From Ramazzottius varieornatus (taxonomy: Eukaryota; Animalia; Tardigrada), in assembly GCA_001949185.1 (NCBI GenBank), contig BDGG01000001.1, positions 6,968,325-7,032,324 of the forward strand: a DNA stretch of 64,000 nucleotides. The letters are read 5' to 3'. Made by a program: the position numbers and the translations under genes. Below the pieces are notes generated by a model. That model was not told the origin of the DNA and made no database searches. It worked only from the letters and a program-made list of their open reading frames with translations. Positions 61,532 through 64,000 of the stretch are shown here, in pieces (position 1 is the stretch's first letter; every line of letters starts with the position of its first letter).

Positions 61532-64000
61532 ATGAGTGTCGCAACGGTGGAAGCCGCGGAACTCAAAGGTTCGTGTTGGTAATTGGCATGAAAGTTTTGC
61601 ATTGAACAGACTTGGTTGGATTTTGAAACCCGGGAGCTTGAACTGCTCGTGAGTAAGTTCGTATGTATGCGGTTGAGAGGGCGGCACGAGTTGGGCTGTG
61701 TTTTTGTGGAGTTCGAAGTATGGGGTCCTGTGGTCATCCCGCTGTGTTCTGATGATTATAGATCGGCCTGTGCCGCATTATGTGCCGATGAAACGGGAAA
61801 CGTGGGATCGCAAAATCGAGTTCCTGCTGGCCATCATCGGCTTTTGCGTCGACCTCGGCAACGTGTGGCGCTTCCCCTACATTTGCTACAAAAATGGTGT
61901 GTGTATACGTCATCCGATTTCTCGCTTGCTCGGATAAATTTTATGGAGCTCTTCTATCGATGCTAATATGAATATTTTTAGGTGGAGGTAAGATATGCGT
62001 GACCTTTGAAACGGAAGCTGTAGTGTGAACCTTTCGGCTGGACTTTCTTCAGTGGGATAACTTTCTGCCGGGTTTTTGTCAGCCGGGCTTATTTCAATAT
62101 AGCTAATTCACTTCCTTGATCATAGGAGCTTTCCTAATACCATACACCGGTAAGTGTCTACCCCACGCTCTCTTACTTTCATGAGATAACAAACCAACGT
62201 ACCAAAACTATTCATCTTACTGTACAATGCTGAAGTTGTCGAAGAGAGCCACCGGATATTAAAAAATGGCAGTTGGCTCCCGGCGACACGCACGTCCTGG
62301 AACGCAGTCCGGTGTCTTTACACTCTAGGAAACTTAAGCTGAGCTACAGTAAACATGTTTACTTTTAGTGATGCTTATACTCGGGGGAATGCCTTTGTTT
62401 TACCTGGAGCTCGCTCTGGGACAATATTACAGATCTGGATGTATCAGTATTTGGAGATATATTTGCCCATTATTCAAAGGCAAGTATATTCTTACGCTGG
62501 CGTTTGTACATTATGAGAACTGTGAGGTATGGGCGGATGGTGCAACCAGATCGCTTTCCCGGGTGGCGCATTCTTTCGGGCAATAACCATGGAAAGTGCG
62601 CCACTTGAGATTACGAACTGGTTTAGTTCAGTTCCTTACGTCCCCTTCAACCTCCGATGGAGTAAACAGGAAGGGTTCTTTGCAAACGCAATTGATGAAG
62701 CAAACAGGAAGGGAACACGCTTCCAAAGTACTCCAGTATTCCTTTTTCATGGGACGACCAAAGCGAAATTGCGCTTGTTTTTGCAGGTGTTGGGTTCGGC
62801 ATCTGCGTTATTGCTTCTTACATGGTGAGTAAAACATTCCAACGGTAGTTGACAGGTTTATCTTTCGGAAATCATGCTGTTTATGGGGTAATTTGTTAAT
62901 AATTGATACTGGCAAAAGTCAGCGAAGGTTGGCTTTCCAAAATAAGCGGACCTACTCGTACCGTTTCCCGATGAGATATTTCCCCCGCTGGCTGACAATC
63001 AGGGCCGATCAAAAAGCGGCGGACTCAGGAGACTGCCGCCACGACCATCATAAACTAGCCGTGGATATGATAAATGAAGTGCGATTCGCCTTCCGTTTAT
63101 ACCTATCTTTTGTAGAGCTTTTACTATAATACCATCATCTCCACCGCCATCTATTACATCTTTGCCTCCTTCACCGAACAACTCCCTTGGGCCAGTGAGT
63201 ACACCGGCTCAATAACGCTCGTGATGGTCCGTGTCGCCGCAGTACAACACTTCATAATACCGTTGTTATTGTTTTAACAACGCGATTAAAATGAACTTGA
63301 ATAGTGCGGTCAAGTTTATATCATACGGTGGACTAATGGCTGCTGATACTTCAACAGATTGTAATCACACATGGAACACTGCAAATTGCAGTGGTAACTC
63401 CTCGTTTGCCTTCGAAGGATCGATTTCACCGGCCGAAGAATATTACCAGTAAGAACCACAAACCTCAAATCCCCACAGGTCAACACGAGGTAGTGCATTG
63501 CGTCATATGGAAAGTAAGAGCGAGATAAATTCAACCGTCGGCAAATAAATCCACTCAGAGTGTTTTTCCAAGTGGCGCACGTTTGCATTGGGATTGGCAG
63601 GGAGCATGCGCCACGTGGGCAAACAGTCAAACGGAAGTCGTTCTCCGTCATGGCAATTTATTTTAGAGAAGGAAGGTGGAATGTGTAGTGATGGAATGGC
63701 TAGGCGTTATAGCTTGTCATTTCACTCTGTAAGCATGCATGATGGTTAGCCTCATCAATCAAAATGGCGCGTTCCATCGGTTGCGGTGATGGACGGTGCG
63801 CAACCGCACTGCTAGTTCTCCACGGTTATCTGGTCAAACAAGTGTGCATCAGAGCGGAAAGCATTGCATATGTGTCGAATTTGAATGGCAAGCATTCATC
63901 CACAATATCTGAAACCTGATGCGTTTACAGGCGCGCGGTGCTGGAGATCCATAGGTCAGAAGGTATCCACGACTTGGGTCCGCCCAAATGGGAGTTCGTC
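61532..64000 (+). CDS. SLC6 sodium-dependent monoamine transporter (serotonin-transporter-like), truncated by window end
   Basis: [35 protein letters not shown]|GG|AFLIPYT|[20 protein letters not shown]..|GVGFGIC..|[11 protein letters not shown]|CNHTWNT..SPAEEYY|..[14 protein letters not shown]; TM1 Asp of monoamine transporters present; start exon inferred. Confidence 0.93.
62540..62630. repeat. Intronic palindromic element (SLC6 intron)
   Basis: GGTGGCGCAT-24-GTGCGCCACTTG with outer AACCAG/CTGGTT. Confidence 0.85.
63540..63635. repeat. Intronic palindromic element (SLC6 intron)
   Basis: CAAGTGGCGCAC-25-ATGCGCCACGTG. Confidence 0.85.

Overview
Eukaryotic, gene-dense, intron-containing invertebrate DNA with near-balanced GC and short GT-AG introns. 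Gene content and compactness suggest a tardigrade-like genome (inference only). The first ~20 kb is an accessory zone. It holds TA-flanked fold-back MITEs, a divergent pair of decayed BEN-domain-like genes, a bacterial-type SleB/CwlJ cell-wall hydrolase cut by a TTAA-flanked internally deleted piggyBac, a hAT-type element with an 8-bp TSD, and an intact mitochondrial acyl carrier protein gene with a His-rich tail. From ~21 kb onward is a compact run of conserved genes: CWH43/PGAP2IP, a phospholipid scramblase (apparently pseudogenised), ESD, URI1, IMPACT, a secreted chitin-binding mucin-like protein, a divergent Sox, an intronless ricin-B lectin, a PIAS-type SUMO E3 ligase, DLGAP5/HURP, troponin T, an EGF-repeat membrane protein, and a SERT-like SLC6 transporter that runs off the window end. 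The most striking signal is a ~90-100 bp palindromic element (core CAAGTGGCGCAC-N24/25-GTGCGCCACTTG). I count 21 copies in 16 introns of 10 genes and no full copy outside an intron. It has a nearly fixed spacer length, occurs in both orientations, forms tandem dimers and shows compensatory arm changes. Exon boundaries and counts were read by eye; some coordinates are approximate.
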